A stretch of DNA of 64,000 nt. Source: Chiloscyllium plagiosum. Lineage: Eukaryota. The notes under the pieces were generated by a model. That model worked only from the letters and a program-made list of their open reading frames with translations, was not told the origin of the DNA and did not search any database. Within the stretch, counting starts at the first letter, position 1, and each line of letters starts with the position of its first letter. The position numbers were made by a program, and so were the translations under genes. Of this stretch, positions 51,350-63,970 are shown piece after piece. Location of the stretch: positions 93,445,072 through 93,509,071 of the forward strand of contig NC_057719.1 in assembly GCF_004010195.1 (NCBI RefSeq), given 5' to 3'.

Positions 51350-51960
51350 GTTCCTTTTTCGGTGGTAAGTGCTGTAACAGATATACAGTTGTGAGACAGC
51401 AGAGAGAATATAGTGACACTCATCCTGACAGAGTAGGGAAGGTTATTGATGCTTGTTCTGCATTGCTGGACATTTCCATAAACTGCAGATAATGCACAGG
51501 GAATGTGGTGAGCTCAGATCATGCTCGGTGGGTTTGATGGTGTGCCCCCCCCCCCCCCCCATGGGAAGAGAGTGGTCACACTGTGTTCTAGCGCATCTAC
51601 CCGGAATTCCATGCTCCTGTCGACGAATCACAGAATTGTCCCTTACCTCCCATGTCTGGGGTAAACTGTACAAGGCAGTTCCGAATTGAGAAAGCTCAAG
51701 TCGTGCTCATTGACATTTTAAAGATGGCACCAATCCCAGGGATCACCGAAAATTCAGGGACATCGGGCGATGGTGAGTATCTGCTGTCATAAGGGTAAGG
51801 CTTCGGGTTGGCATTGAATGAGAGAGCCACCATCAGTTGGGCTACGTGTAATGAGGTGAGTTCGATAAGAGAGCACCAGGAAACTAGCTCGTGAAGCTAG
51901 TCCCTCCATCACACTCAATAGAAATGTCACTGGGACAAATTATTGTTAGATTCAACCCAA
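51350..51960 (-). pseudogene. Harbinger Myb/SANT exon 1 relic and putative terminus
   Basis: Minus strand reads FVDRSMEFRVDALEHSVTTLFP...ALSAVYGNVQQCRTSINNLPYSVR, then donor mutated to ATGAGT. Confidence 0.75.
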
Positions 51961-53935
51961 TGTGTCAACGGCTCGACTGAGCCCACTCACAGTTACAAAG
52001 CTGCAGAACAAATGCTCATCCAAGACTTCATCATCTGAACTCACACCAATATACCGTTCATTGAGCATTCTTGAGAATGCTGGCTCACATTGCAGGATGC
52101 TGTCAAAATATCTTCATTTCAGCGTTATGAAACCTGTGATCTTCCATGAAAACGTCTCTCAATCTCCATTTCTCTTTTCTCCAAAATCGTTTTGTTTGTT
52201 GATGTTTAACCTGATTTCCCCACCATCTCTCATTTGCAGTGATTTTCTTACACACGAAACACCCGTTGTTGTGATATAATGGAGATATGGAGCTCGAAAA
52301 GGATGGGAGATGCGAATCCCGTCACTTCCAGCATCGTCTGCAAGTTACCCGATAGTGGACAGGGATCTAACATAGTGTTATTAAGCAATGCTGGGAGGGT
52401 AACGCCTCCGGGTTTACGGATCAATTCACTGCTACTCGCTGCACAGATCACCGTTCTGAACAGATACCTTGTCTGCGTTTAGAGAACAAGACATGGGTGT
52501 GGGCTGCATATCACCCAATACTGGACAGACCATTTCGTCCGTGTTTCTGAATCAATACACCAGTGTGGTGTGTACCACTGCCCATGTTGGACAGATAACT
52601 GGTGGACTCGTGATACCTGCACAGTATTCTATCTTAGATTGATTGCTGGTTTGAACTGAACCTGGTCTGCACAGTGCTCCATGCTGAGCAGATATCTCAC
52701 CTGGGCTTATACGTTTCCGGGCTGGATCTGTGAAGTGGATTGAGTATCTAATATATGGAGATGTCACTCGTCCAGCTCGGCGCATTCCGCTGTCAAACCC
52801 TATATGTTTGCAACATGTTGTCCATTATGTAATTATCTAATTAAAACTTGAATATCTGTCCTTCTTACAGTACACCCGGACAGAACCCCGTCAAAATATA
52901 TGACGATGGCAGTCTCGACCCGAACGTTTTCTTAAATTGAAGGTAAATGTGAGATGCTGTGATTCAGAAGCAATTCGATTCGTCAAACTATTCGACATGA
53001 AGCAAAACACAATCTATTCAAACACTGTAGACAAAACACGATAAAAACAAGAGGAACTTGTAATGACTTAATTCACCAGAAAATCTAACAGAATAATAGA
53101 TTATTTAGATACTAAACAGCAAATGCTCCAAATGGCAACTTCCTATAATAACACACTTGCCAAAAAAAAACAAATTCAGCAAACAAATTGTCTCTTGTGC
53201 AGTTCTCCTATCCTGGCAGAAAGAACATTATCAGACAATTCTGAGTGAAATCTCAGAGAGAGAATGTGGCAGCCGGGAGAGTTTTATTGCCTCCCACCCC
53301 TGTTGAGACCCCAGTAATAACTAGCGAAAAGTACAAGGAAGAATGTTGGTTTTGTCATAGTTTGACCATCACTCAACAGGACCAGGCTGCGGCTGCAATG
53401 ACCACAAGGAATGGACTGTGGCTGCTCCGTCTATGGAAGGTTAGTAGCCTCTCAAAAATGTCTAATCCAACCTAAGCCATTTAATGATGGTCAGACAAAT
53501 GTCAACATTAAACATAAATAAATACAAAGAAAGGATGCAACAAGTCTTGTGATCAGACACAGACGGGCTTGCGAGCCCATCAATTAATACACTGCCCAGA
53601 CACAGTAGAATCATCGAGATTGCGAAGAAAATGCATCATCTCTCTTGCTCATCTCTAAATTTACAATTGGGAGATGTGCCGTTAGCCCACTAGTTAGTGA
53701 TGTCAAATCCATCCAGACCAAGTACTTTTTTTGTGATATGTAAGGGATGTACTGAAATGGGTTAACAGGAGCTGTTTGTTCAGTGACTGTATTGGATGTA
53801 AGTCTCCGTGGACCCTAACTGTGTCACTGGAGGGTTTACCTCTTCAATAATTAAGGGGCTAATTTTAACCTGTTATCCTGTAGTGTCAGGGGCAGAGCCG
53901 TCATCCACAAAAATGGAATCAGCAGCTGCAGTAAG

Positions 53936-54194
53936 ATGAAGAGGAAGAGAAACTTAGAACAACAGACTGAAATGTTCAAAAAACAGAATCTGAGAACATT
54001 AGATTGGAAAATTACAATAATGGATCAGAATCTTAAAACAATAGACCGGAATGTTACAACAATGGACAAGGATATATCCACGGGTCTTTACTATTTTTCT
54101 CAGAATTCGCTACAGTTAGAAATTAGGATACATGGCCTACTGATGATTATTCAAGCCGTTTACTACCCCATCCTCGCTATTGCTGGCGTTCCTG
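53936..54194 (+). CDS. First coding exon (N-terminus and start of TM1) of a GPR139/GPR142-like class A orphan GPCR; true start may be 54020 or 54062
   Basis: Open frame ending ...LLMIIQAVYYPILAIAGVP with a phase-1 canonical donor CCTG|GTAAGT (54195). The YY....GxP TM1 motif and intron position resemble GPR139 (VYYSLLLCLGLPA). An NVT glycosylation sequon is present. No downstream exon found, so functionality is unproven. Confidence 0.75.
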
Positions 54195-54253
54195 GTAAGT
54201 CTACCACTGTCAATTCTATAAACTACAGTGAAGTCCATTGCTATTTGTGTTAT

Positions 54254-54576
54254 TTAGATTAGATTAGATTATTTACAATGTGGAAACAGGCCCTTCAGCC
54301 CAACAAGTCCACACCGATCAGCCGAAGCGCAACCCTCCCAGACCCATTCCACTACATTTACCCCTTCACCTAACACTACCGGGAATTTAGCATGGCCAAT
54401 TCACCTAACCTATTCATTCTTTGGATTGTGGGAGGAAACCGGAGCACCCGGAGGAAACCCACGCAGACATGGGGAGAATGTGCAAACTCCACAGAGAGTC
54501 GCCAATGGCAGAAATTAAACCCGGGTCTCTGGCGCTGTGAGGCAGCAGTGCTAACTACTGTGCCACCATGCTGCCC
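54254..54576 (-). mobile_element. Full-length HE1-type V-SINE in the intron
   Basis: (TTAGA)n tail, V-domain and tRNA head (gggcagcatggtggcacagtagttagcactgctgcctcacagcgccagagacccgggttt on minus). Absent from cassette copy 1. Confidence 0.93.
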
Positions 54577-56249
54577 AAACCTTTATATTTGATGCAGGCA
54601 TAAACTATTATCTTCAGGTTCCGTCACATTTTGCACTTCCTTTCCATGAATTTCAGACTCCTTATTCATAAACATCCACGAAGTAACAACACGGTCTGTA
54701 GCTTAGCTTCAAGAGGTTTGTGAATTAATCATCATCTACCCCTTTGTTAACTTTAGATTTTATGGTTCTGGTTTTCTTTTCACCACTCATCCAGTTACAA
54801 ATATTTTGACTAAAATCTCGTTCTCATCACTACTTTTACTTCACAATAGCGACTTTTTATCAGAATAATAATATGTCACTGGATGTTTAATTCTGAGGCA
54901 TAGGTTAGGTCTGTAAAGGCATAATTTGAAATTCTAACATAGCCGATAGCGGAACTTATATTTGAATGACAAAAGTTCTAATGAAACCTAATTTCACTTG
55001 AAGCAGCCATAAACCATCAGTGTCCCTGTTGTTATTGCCCAGATAGCCGTTGGTAAAGATACTTAACATTATTACCAAGTCTGGACAAAGTGTGGCACTA
55101 CATCAAACTGAAAGCAACAGGAAAAAAATGAAATGATTTATGTGTTATCAGGGATGGATCAATGTAGGTTGACGGGGGCTGGTTTGAACTGAATGATTGG
55201 AGAAGTGGCCAGAGAGAGAGAGAGAAACAAACAAGAAAATGAAAAGCAAGCAAAATGATTGCTAATGATATACCGGAAGGAAAATGGAGTTGGAAGTGGT
55301 TCTACCATTCCCGCCTTACCCATATTCCCGAATATCACGTCAATTTAGGCAAATCGATGTATAAAGTGAGTGATATTGCCTTGATTCCAGTTCTCCGAAT
55401 GTGATGATCAATCTTTTGGCGTTATTGGTACTGCCCTTATAATTGCTGAGATCCAGAAAAACGTAATATTACATTGTGAATTGCTTAATTGGAGAGAGGA
55501 ACTATTACAGTGTGTCTGTGCAGAGATGCAACTGCTTTTTCAGCCAGGAAGAGAAACTGAGGAGTGAATGGGATCACCATACATGCGTGGATTTGACTTG
55601 CTCCTGTCATTGGGAAGTCAGTGAAGGCTCTGTTGACGCTTTGCTTAGATTTGTATTGTCAGCTGCTGGGTTCATTCAGGGAGACCTGAATACAAATAAG
55701 TGCAGCCTTTCTGGATTTCTCTTACTCCGAGTGTTCTCATTATTTCATTCGAACTTTCTGGTGTATGTCAGGACTTTTGTTGCTCTGTTGACAGCATTCC
55801 TTTATTTCACTCTTTACATGGGAATATATCAACATTTCAGTTGCTCACACGAATGTGTTTGACATGATTTCAGCTGATAAAGGGGAATTGTGATGCTCTA
55901 ACAATCTCACTGCTATTTAATGGCACCGAACCTGTTCGAATTGTAAAGTGTGTGGAGAACAGTTTGGAAGTCCAACTGGACAATGACATGTTGGTGTAGT
56001 GTTCAGGTATCTGGCAAATGAAGAGCAATATGGAGTGGCGTAAGGTGATGCACATTTGTCGGAAGAACTTTGAAAGACAATGACAAAAAGGCTGTGCATT
56101 TATAAAGGGGGTTAAGGAGCGCAGGGTGCTGTGAAAATGAGAACAGATTATTAACGTCAGGACAAGCGGGATAGCAGTAAATATTGCAGATTAAATTCAG
56201 TGTGTGAGCTATTTACAGGAGGAGGTGTGGAAGGGAGTCTACGTGTGCC

Positions 56250-56594
56250 CTCCTTGAGAGGTGGTGGAGACAATGTGTTGTGAGCCTACCCTGCTGCTCA
56301 CCGATACAGTGGAGATTCCATTTTTGCAGCTCCACACAAAACGCCACGCTTCTACGTTGTGCCAGAGGGAAAGGAAACTGACAGTGCGTTTAAACAGTAA
56401 ATTGACCTTCACTGAATATTCTCCACAACAGTCAACCCAAATCTGTCTGGCTCATAGCAGGGTCCTCTCCATATGGCAGGGGAAGGGGCGTAAGGGAACA
56501 GATATTGGGCACTCCATCACCTGGTGAGATGGCCAGAAGGAGTCAGTCCGCAGGGTCGCATCCATTCAGTGTTATTAATTTGGTGTGTTATGCT

Positions 56595-56625
<31 letters not shown>

Positions 56626-57258
56626 CGGAGAGAGAGAGAGAAGGTATACATGCAGTAGTGTGAATGGTGGAGCAGGAGCCTTGTTCGGATGTAGATTAGT
56701 GAACAGATATACTGTGAGTGTGAGAGAGGAGAGAGAATACAGTGCCATTTATCCTTACAGAGCGGGATAGGTTGTTGATGCCGGACATGTATTGCTGGAC
56801 ATTTCTTCAGACTACTGATATGGGAGTTCAGACCATGATTGGTGGGTCTGGTGGCATGACCTCCTCTGCGAAGGGAATGGTCCCGCTCTGTGCTAGCCTA
56901 TCCACTACGACCTCCATGCCTCTGTCGACAAATTGCGTAGTTGCCATTTATCTGCCACGTTCAGGGTAAAATGTGCAGCTCAGCTCCGATCTGAGCAATC
57001 TAAGCTGTGTACTCATTTGCATTTTAAAGGATCACGGAATATCCAGCGGCATCTGGGCGGTGGTCAGTACCTCCGGCTGTGTTGGGTGGGAGAACCGGGC
57101 TGGCATTGAATGAGAGGGACACAGTGGGGTGTGGTACGTTTTAATGAGGTGAGTTCGATGAGATAGCACCAGGAAACTAGCTCGGCCTCATGCAGCCGAT
57201 CCTTCTGTCACACTCAGTGAAAATGTCACTGCGACAAATTATTGTTAGATTTTGTCTA
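56250..57258 (-). pseudogene. Harbinger Myb/SANT gene relic (exon 1, intron, exon 2 remnant) and putative terminus
   Basis: Minus strand exon 1 reads QFVDRGMEVVVDRLAQSGTIPF...ISVV*RNVQQYMSGINNLSRSVR with donor ATAAAT. The exon 2 remnant at ~56430-56525 reads GDGVPNICSLTP...Y/ERTL. Confidence 0.75.
56600..56640. repeat. (GA)n microsatellite in the Harbinger intron (counterparts at 29620-29652 and 51290-51310)
   Basis: Direct observation. Confidence 0.9.
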
Positions 57259-57753
57259 ATGAGTCAAAACCTCTTCTGATCCCACACCCAGTTACAAAGC
57301 TGCAGAACAAATGCTCATTCAGAACTCTATATCATCTTAGCTCACATGAATAATCCATTAACGCAAAATTCCTGGAAACAACAGCTAATGCCGCCAGTTA
57401 CTATGGAAATGACTTTATTTCAGCTCTCTGAAATCTGTGTACGCATCCTTTTATAGCAATGATTCTCAACTTCTCTCCTCCGTCAATTTCCCTCCTTTTT
57501 GTTGGCATTTTAGCTGATTCTCCCACCATCGCTTTGTCGCAGTGATTTTCACACTCACAGCGCCACTTTTCATGACACAATGGAGATAGGGATCTGTAAA
57601 TAGATGGGAGCAGCACATCCTGTTACTTCCACCATGGGCTGCTGGTTTCCCCACGCTGGGAAACGATCTAACAGTGTTACCAAAAATGCACTGGGGTGGT
57701 GAATGCAGCTTTACATGAGGGAGAGTAACATATCAAGTTTTACCATTGGTGTC

Positions 57754-60700
57754 CATAAGACTAAGAACTAAGAGCACGTACAGGCCATTGGCCGTTCGAG
57801 CCTGCTCCACCATGCAATAAGATTATGTCTGATCATTTTGTGGGCTCAGCTCCATTAGCCACGCTTTCATTGTATCCATTACAGTTGTTAAAAAAAATCT
57901 TCACTTTAGAAACGTTTGTGAACTAGCGTCAACTACTTGACTGGACAAGTAATTCTATCGATTAACAACTTTCTGAATGAAGATGTTACTTCTCAATTCA
58001 GTTCTAAACCTACTTCCTCTAATTTTGAGGCTTTGCCCTGTTGTCTTAGCTTCACCTGTCAATAGAAACATCCTTCCTATTTATTACTTATCTAGCCCCG
58101 TCAGAACGTCATATATTTCTATAAAATTCCCCATCATTCTTCTGAATTCGAATGAATATAATCCCAGTCTACTCAGTCTATCCTTATAAGCCATCCCCCT
58201 CAATTCAGAACCAGTCGAGTGACTCTGCAGTGCCAGTACAGCTTTTGTTAGGTAAGGAGACTAAATCTGAACACAATACTCCAGGTTTGGCCTCACCAGC
58301 ACCCTGTACTACTACAACATAACCCGCCTGGTTTAAACTGAATCCCTTTAATAATGAACGACACGTTTCCATTTGCCTTCTTAATTACTTGGTGCGTCTG
58401 CAGACCAACCTTCTGCGATTCATGCACAAGAACATCCAGGTAACTCAGCACAGCAGTATGCTGCAAAGTTTTAATTATTCTTCTAATATTGTCTTTTTAC
58501 TGGTATTCCTATCAAAACGAATGACTTTACATTTCGTGACGTTGTGTTCCTTCAACCAGACCTAAACCCACTCACTCCATGTATCTATGTTCCTCTGCAA
58601 AGTTTCACAGTCCTCTGCAACCTTACTCTGCCACTCATCTTCGTGTCATCTGCAAACTTTGACACACTACACCTGATCCCCAACTTCAAATCAACAGTAT
58701 TAATTGTGAATAATTGCAATCCCAACACTGATTCCTGAGACCCACCACTAGTCAATCATTGCCAACCAAAATAGAACTCTTTGCCTACACTCTTTGCTTC
58801 CTGTTGGTACATGCTGAAACTTTACCGGTAACGCCATCCAGTGTTATTTTATGCAGCAGCATCATGTATTACAATTTGTCAAATTCCTTTTGGACATATA
58901 CGGACATAACATCTACTGCATCCCCATTGTCCACCTTGTTCGTAATCTTTTTACAGAATTACAAAAGAGTTGTTCAACATTAACTGCCTTTCATAAACAC
59001 ATGCTGCTTCTGCAACATGTGACAAATTCTATCGAAATGCCCTGATATTTCTTCCTTGATAATAGACTTGAGCATCTTCTCCACGACAGAGCTAAAGCAA
59101 ACCATTCCCCATCTTTTGTCTACTCGCTTTTTTAAACAGTGGTGTCACAGTCGCTGTTTTCCAAACTGCTAGAACTGGACATTGTCCAGCGATTTTTTGA
59201 AAATTCCTGTCAATGCACCAGATATTGCTCTCGCCATCTCTTCTAGCACACTGTAATGCATTCCAACAAGTCCTTAGCTCTATTAGCTTGCCCACCACTA
59301 TTTCTTCAGAAATAATGATTGTCTCCAGCTCCTCATCTAGTTTTGTCTCTTTGTCAATTACTAGCGTTTCATCAGTGTCGTTCACTGTGAAGACTGATAC
59401 AAAATACTTATTCAACGCCTCGACCATTTCACCTTATTCCATTACTAAATGGCCGTTCTCATCCTCTGGAGGACAAATGTTTACTTTAGCTACTTTTTTT
59501 TCTGTGTATTAATAGAAGCATTTGGTATCCGGCTTCATTTCCATGCTAGCTTTTTTCCCCTCATACATTATCTTACATTTCTTTATAGTTCTTTTTGTAG
59601 CTTTCTGTAGACCTCTATGACTCTATGACTCTTTAAAGTTTTCTCAATCTTCCAGTTTTTTGCTGTTCTTGGCCACTGTGTCTGACTTCCCTTTCGATTT
59701 GATAGCTTGCATTATTTCTTTGACACACATTCCAGATTACTGATTTTCTTTCAGTCCTTCCTTTTCACTGGGATGTACTACTGATGAGCACTTTGAAAAA
59801 TTGCTTTTAAAATCCTCCACTACTCGTCAACTGTCACACCATGTAAACCATGTTTCCAATCTCCTTTAGGCAAGTCCTCCCTCATTCTATTTTAGTTTCC
59901 CTTGTTTAAGCACAGAACCCTGGTACTGCATTTTATCTTCACACTTTGCATCTATATTCTAATTTTAACTATACTGTGATCTCTCCTTCTCCGGGATCCC
60001 TAACGATGCGGTCATTAATAATTCCTGTCGCATGACACGGGACCAGATCTAGGATACCTTGCTCCTTCATCGGTTCCATTAAATACTGTTCAAGAAAACT
60101 GTCATGGACAAACTTAACACTCTCCTCCTTAAGTTTACCCTGAGCGAGCTGATTTGACCAATCAACATGTGAAATAAAATTAGCCATGATAATAGCCATA
60201 CTATTTTTACAGTATGGCTTTTTTGTTTCCCCCCCCCCCCCCGATTTCATCTTTCAGCATCGCCCTGATATCATTCTTGAATATCAGAGCTACACCGCAT
60301 CTCTTACCTTTCTGCCTGTCTTTCCGAATAGTCTGGCACCCATGGATATTCAACTGCCCGTCATGGCCATCCTGTTACCATGTTCCTTTAATGGCTACAA
60401 AATCATATTTATTCACTATGATTTGCGCCGTTAACTCATTGACCTTGTTTTCAATGCTACAAACATTCAGGTAAAGCACCATTCTGCTTGCTTCCTTGCC
60501 ATCATGATACACGACCTCTCGAAGAATATCTCCTGAGTTATCTCTCGCTTTATTTCTTTCATAACGTCCATTGTAGTTAAACCCTCCGGCACACATGCTA
60601 ACCTGATGATTATCTTTTTTATTTACCATTATACTTTCCATCGTTCTCCCATTCTCTTGCCCTCGACTCACAAGTTTAAAGCCACAGTGACTACCCGAAT

Positions 60701-61950
60701 TATCCGTTTCTCTAGAACACTGGTTCCAGATCGGTTCAGATGGAGACCGTCCCATCATTACAGACCCCCCAATTCCAATACCGAAACACAATGCCCGACG
60801 AAATGAAACCACTGTTTCCCACACCAGTCACTTAGCCACCTGTTTACTTCTCTAATTTTCTTATACATCCACCAATTTGCATGTGCCTCAGGCAGTAATC
60901 TGGAGATTATCACCCTTAAGGTCCTGCTACTTAATTTCGTTCCTTGATAATCCTGAAACAGGTCCTCCATCCTAGTCTTTCTCATGTTGGTTATCTCAGC
61001 GTGGGCCGCAACAATTGGATCTTCCCCCTCCCGCTCCAATAACCTTAAAAGCTAGTCAGAGATGTCCTGCACACTGCCACAATGCAGGCAACACGCCATA
61101 GCAGAATGCCCATCCGACTTGCAATCCGGCTTCCTATCAAACCCACTAGTTTAGAGTCCCCTATAACTACCACTTGTCTATTTGCTCTTCTTTCTTGACT
61201 ATTACCTTTGTAGCTATGTTGGCGTAGCGCCAAGTTCATGGTGCCGTGGTCAGCTGGTTCATCCTCTCCGTAGCCCTTTTACCCATCCACGCAAGGCGCA
61301 AGCATATCATACCTGGTTGATAAGGTCAAAAGCTGAGGCTCCTCCACTCCTGAACTACGGATTATCCGACCTGCCTCATCAGCAATTACACCCTGTTGTC
61401 TCTGAACACGAACAGAATTAACATTACTTAATCTACCATGTCTGCGTCCTGAAACAAAGCGGACAGGTAACCCTTCCCCTCCCAGATGCGCCAAAGTGTT
61501 TGAAGCTCTGATTCCAGATAATTAACTCTGAGCCAGAATTTCTCCAGCAACTTACATGTGCTGCATATGTGGTCAGAACAGTAGGATGCGCAAGCTCCCA
61601 CATCGTACAGATACAGCACATCACCTGCCCAGCCATCACTACTTAGTTAATTATGGTATTTGTATAAATGTATAAATTAATTTGTTGCTCATTCCTCTCT
61701 CCTGTGCTCTTCATCAGATAATCAAATAACTACGAATGAGAGAAGAGAAAAAAGTATTTTTTTTAACCAATTACAAGTAAAGCCTTAACTTAGCAGCACA
61801 CTAGCCTTTTTGGTTATTGGAGGAGCACAGGTGGGAGACATTACACGCGCAGTTCTCGGGTTCAACTGCTGCCCAAATATAGCAGTTTATTTTACTCACT
61901 GACAGCTCTCTGGTCCTTGCTGCCACCCCTTCCAGTGCTGCTGAGAATAG
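57754..61950 (-). mobile_element. Near-full-length, inactivated CR1 LINE (ORF1 zinc-finger/leucine zipper and SGNH esterase; ORF2 endonuclease and RT)
   Basis: ORF1 pieces: MAGQVMCCICTMWE...CSTCKLLE...LESELQTL, VVVIGDS, and DGLHLNRSGT. ORF2 pieces: LYLNVCSIENKVNEL...DFVAIKGTW, WKTATVTPLFKK, and KFADD. The 3' tail cttagttcttagtcttatg ends at 57754. Multiple frameshifts and deletions. Confidence 0.93.
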
Positions 61951-63628
61951 AAAGCCTGTTCACTGCACAGCACTCCACACTAAACAGACATCTTTTCCAC
62001 GTTTATAGAGCAAGACACTGGTGTTTTCTCCACAGTTCCCCATACTAAACAGATATCTTGACCGCGTTTATAAAGCAAGCCACTTGTGTTGTCTGCATAT
62101 CTCCCCACAATGGACAGACCGTTTCATCCGGGTTTACACTCAGTGTACTGTTGTGGTCTAAACTGCTCCCTGTGTTGGACAGCTACCTTGTGGACTGGTG
62201 AGCCCTACACATTGTTCTATCCAGGTCAAATTGTTGTTTATTTTTGTACTAAGCATTGTCTGCACAGTGCTCCATGTTGAACAGATATCTCATCTGGGCT
62301 TACACATGCTCGGGTTGGACCTGTGAATTGCATTTAGTGTACAATACAACTCCTGCTATAACTATCACTCCTGTAGCTCGGCCCATTTTGGTCTTAAATC
62401 GCATATTTCTGCAACATGTATTCCATTAATTAATTATTCAATTAAAAAAGGTGTGTATCTGTCCTTCTTGTTCTGAACCAGGCAGCCCTCTCAAATTATA
62501 TGAAGAAGGTAGCCTTGACAAGGGCGTTTTCTTATTATAAAGGTCAATATGAGGTGCTGTGTTTCTGATAAAAATGAATTGCTCAAAATATTCATAGAGT
62601 CATAGAGATGTACAGCATGGAAACAGACCCTTCGGTCCAACCCATACGCGATCCGACGTTAAGGAAAACGCAAGTTACTCCAACACATGCAACAACAGTA
62701 AGCGAAGCTTGGAATAACTCAATTCCATTGGAAAACATCACGGAATAATATGTTATTTAACTGTGAAAGAGTAACTGCTCAAATATGGTTATATCCCATA
62801 AACACACACTCGAGAAAACAGCAAATTCAGAAAGCAGATTATCTTACAGGCAGTTCTTCAATCAAGGTGGAAACAATAGCTGAAGGCAATTGTGAGAGAA
62901 ATCTCATAGATAAAATATAGCGACCGAGAGAGACTTACTGCTGAGACTCCAGTAATAAGTGGCAAAAGGTAAAGCTAAGAATGTTTGTCTGTGAGAGTTT
63001 GACCAAGACTCTAGTGAAACAGATCACCACAGCACAGGATGAGGTCACAATGCCTAGAAGGGAATGGACCCAAACCACCCACACCTGTGTTGGCACCTCC
63101 TAAAAAAGGGCTGTGCACATCTAAGCCGTTAAATGAAGGTCAGATAAATGTTAACGTTAAATGTAAATTTTAAAAATCAAAAGGAAGCAGCAGGCCTGTT
63201 GATCCGAAACAGACGGTGTCGGCAGCCTGAACGCTTCCTAATCTGCCAAAACATAGTAGAATCATTGCGTTCGTGAAAAGAAATTATCATCTCTCTCCCT
63301 CACCTCTAACTTTACAATTGTAGATGTGCCGTTATCCCAGTAGTGAGCGATGTCAACATCCCACCTTGACCAAATACGAATGTGAGATATAAGGGTTGTA
63401 AAGAAAGGGGTTAACTAGTGTTATCGTTCAGTGATGGCGATTGATTTCAATGTCCATGGTGTCTAACTGTGTCACTGGAGGGTTTTCGTTTCCGTTAATA
63501 CGCAGCTTCCTTCAACCTGTTATCCCATAATATCGGCGGCAGCGTCATGCTCAACACGATTGGGCTCAGCAGCTACAGAGAGATGGAGAGGAAAAGCATG
63601 TTAGACTAATCGACAGAATGTTCCAACA

Positions 63629-63837
63629 GTTGATCAGAATCTGAAAACATTAGACTGAAATGTTACAACTATGGACCCGAATTTAACAACTAAGACTGCA
63701 ATGTTCCAACAATGGATTTGATTCTGAAACCATTTGACTGGAATTTTCCAACAATTGATCAGAATCTGTGAACATTAGACTGCAATGTTCCAAACATGGA
63801 TCAGAATCTGAGAACATTCGACTGGAATGTTCCAACA
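63629..63837 (+). repeat. Five tandem 42-nt units (ATGGATCAGAATCTGAGAACATTAGACTGGAATGTTCCAACA) at the GPCR start
   Basis: Units start at 63629, 63671, 63712 (the preceding unit is 41 nt), 63754 and 63796. Confidence 0.92.
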
Positions 63838-63970
63838 ATGGGCAGGAGTTTATCCGATGGTCTTTACTTGATTTATCTGGATTGGCCATGGTTAGATTTG
63901 CGGACAGAAGCTGTACTGCTGTTTATTCAAGCAGGTTGCCATCCTATCCTCGCTATTGTTCGTGTTCCTG
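63796..63970 (+). pseudogene. GPR139/GPR142-like first exon, copy 3, open frame but probably decaying
   Basis: MDQNLRTFDWNVPTMGRSLSDGLYLIYLDWPWLDLRTEAVLLFIQAGCHPILAIVRVP. YYP is changed to CHP, GVP to RVP, and the donor is weakened to CCTG|GTAGCC. Confidence 0.68.

Larger units (their letters stand above)
49475..55690 (+). repeat. GPCR-exon cassette copy 2
   Basis: Inverted homolog of 25105-31165 and direct homolog of 56600-57750 plus 61957-64000. Confidence 0.93.

Noticed and set aside
54195..54262. C-terminal part of ORF 53936-54262
   Set aside because: Read-through past the GTAAGT donor into intron and SINE tail; excluded from the CDS call.
55476..55862. 128-aa ORF with hydrophobic C-terminus as GPCR exon 2
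   Set aside because: It lacks the expected TM1-TM2 continuation and GPCR motifs, and it crosses the duplication breakpoint at ~55690.
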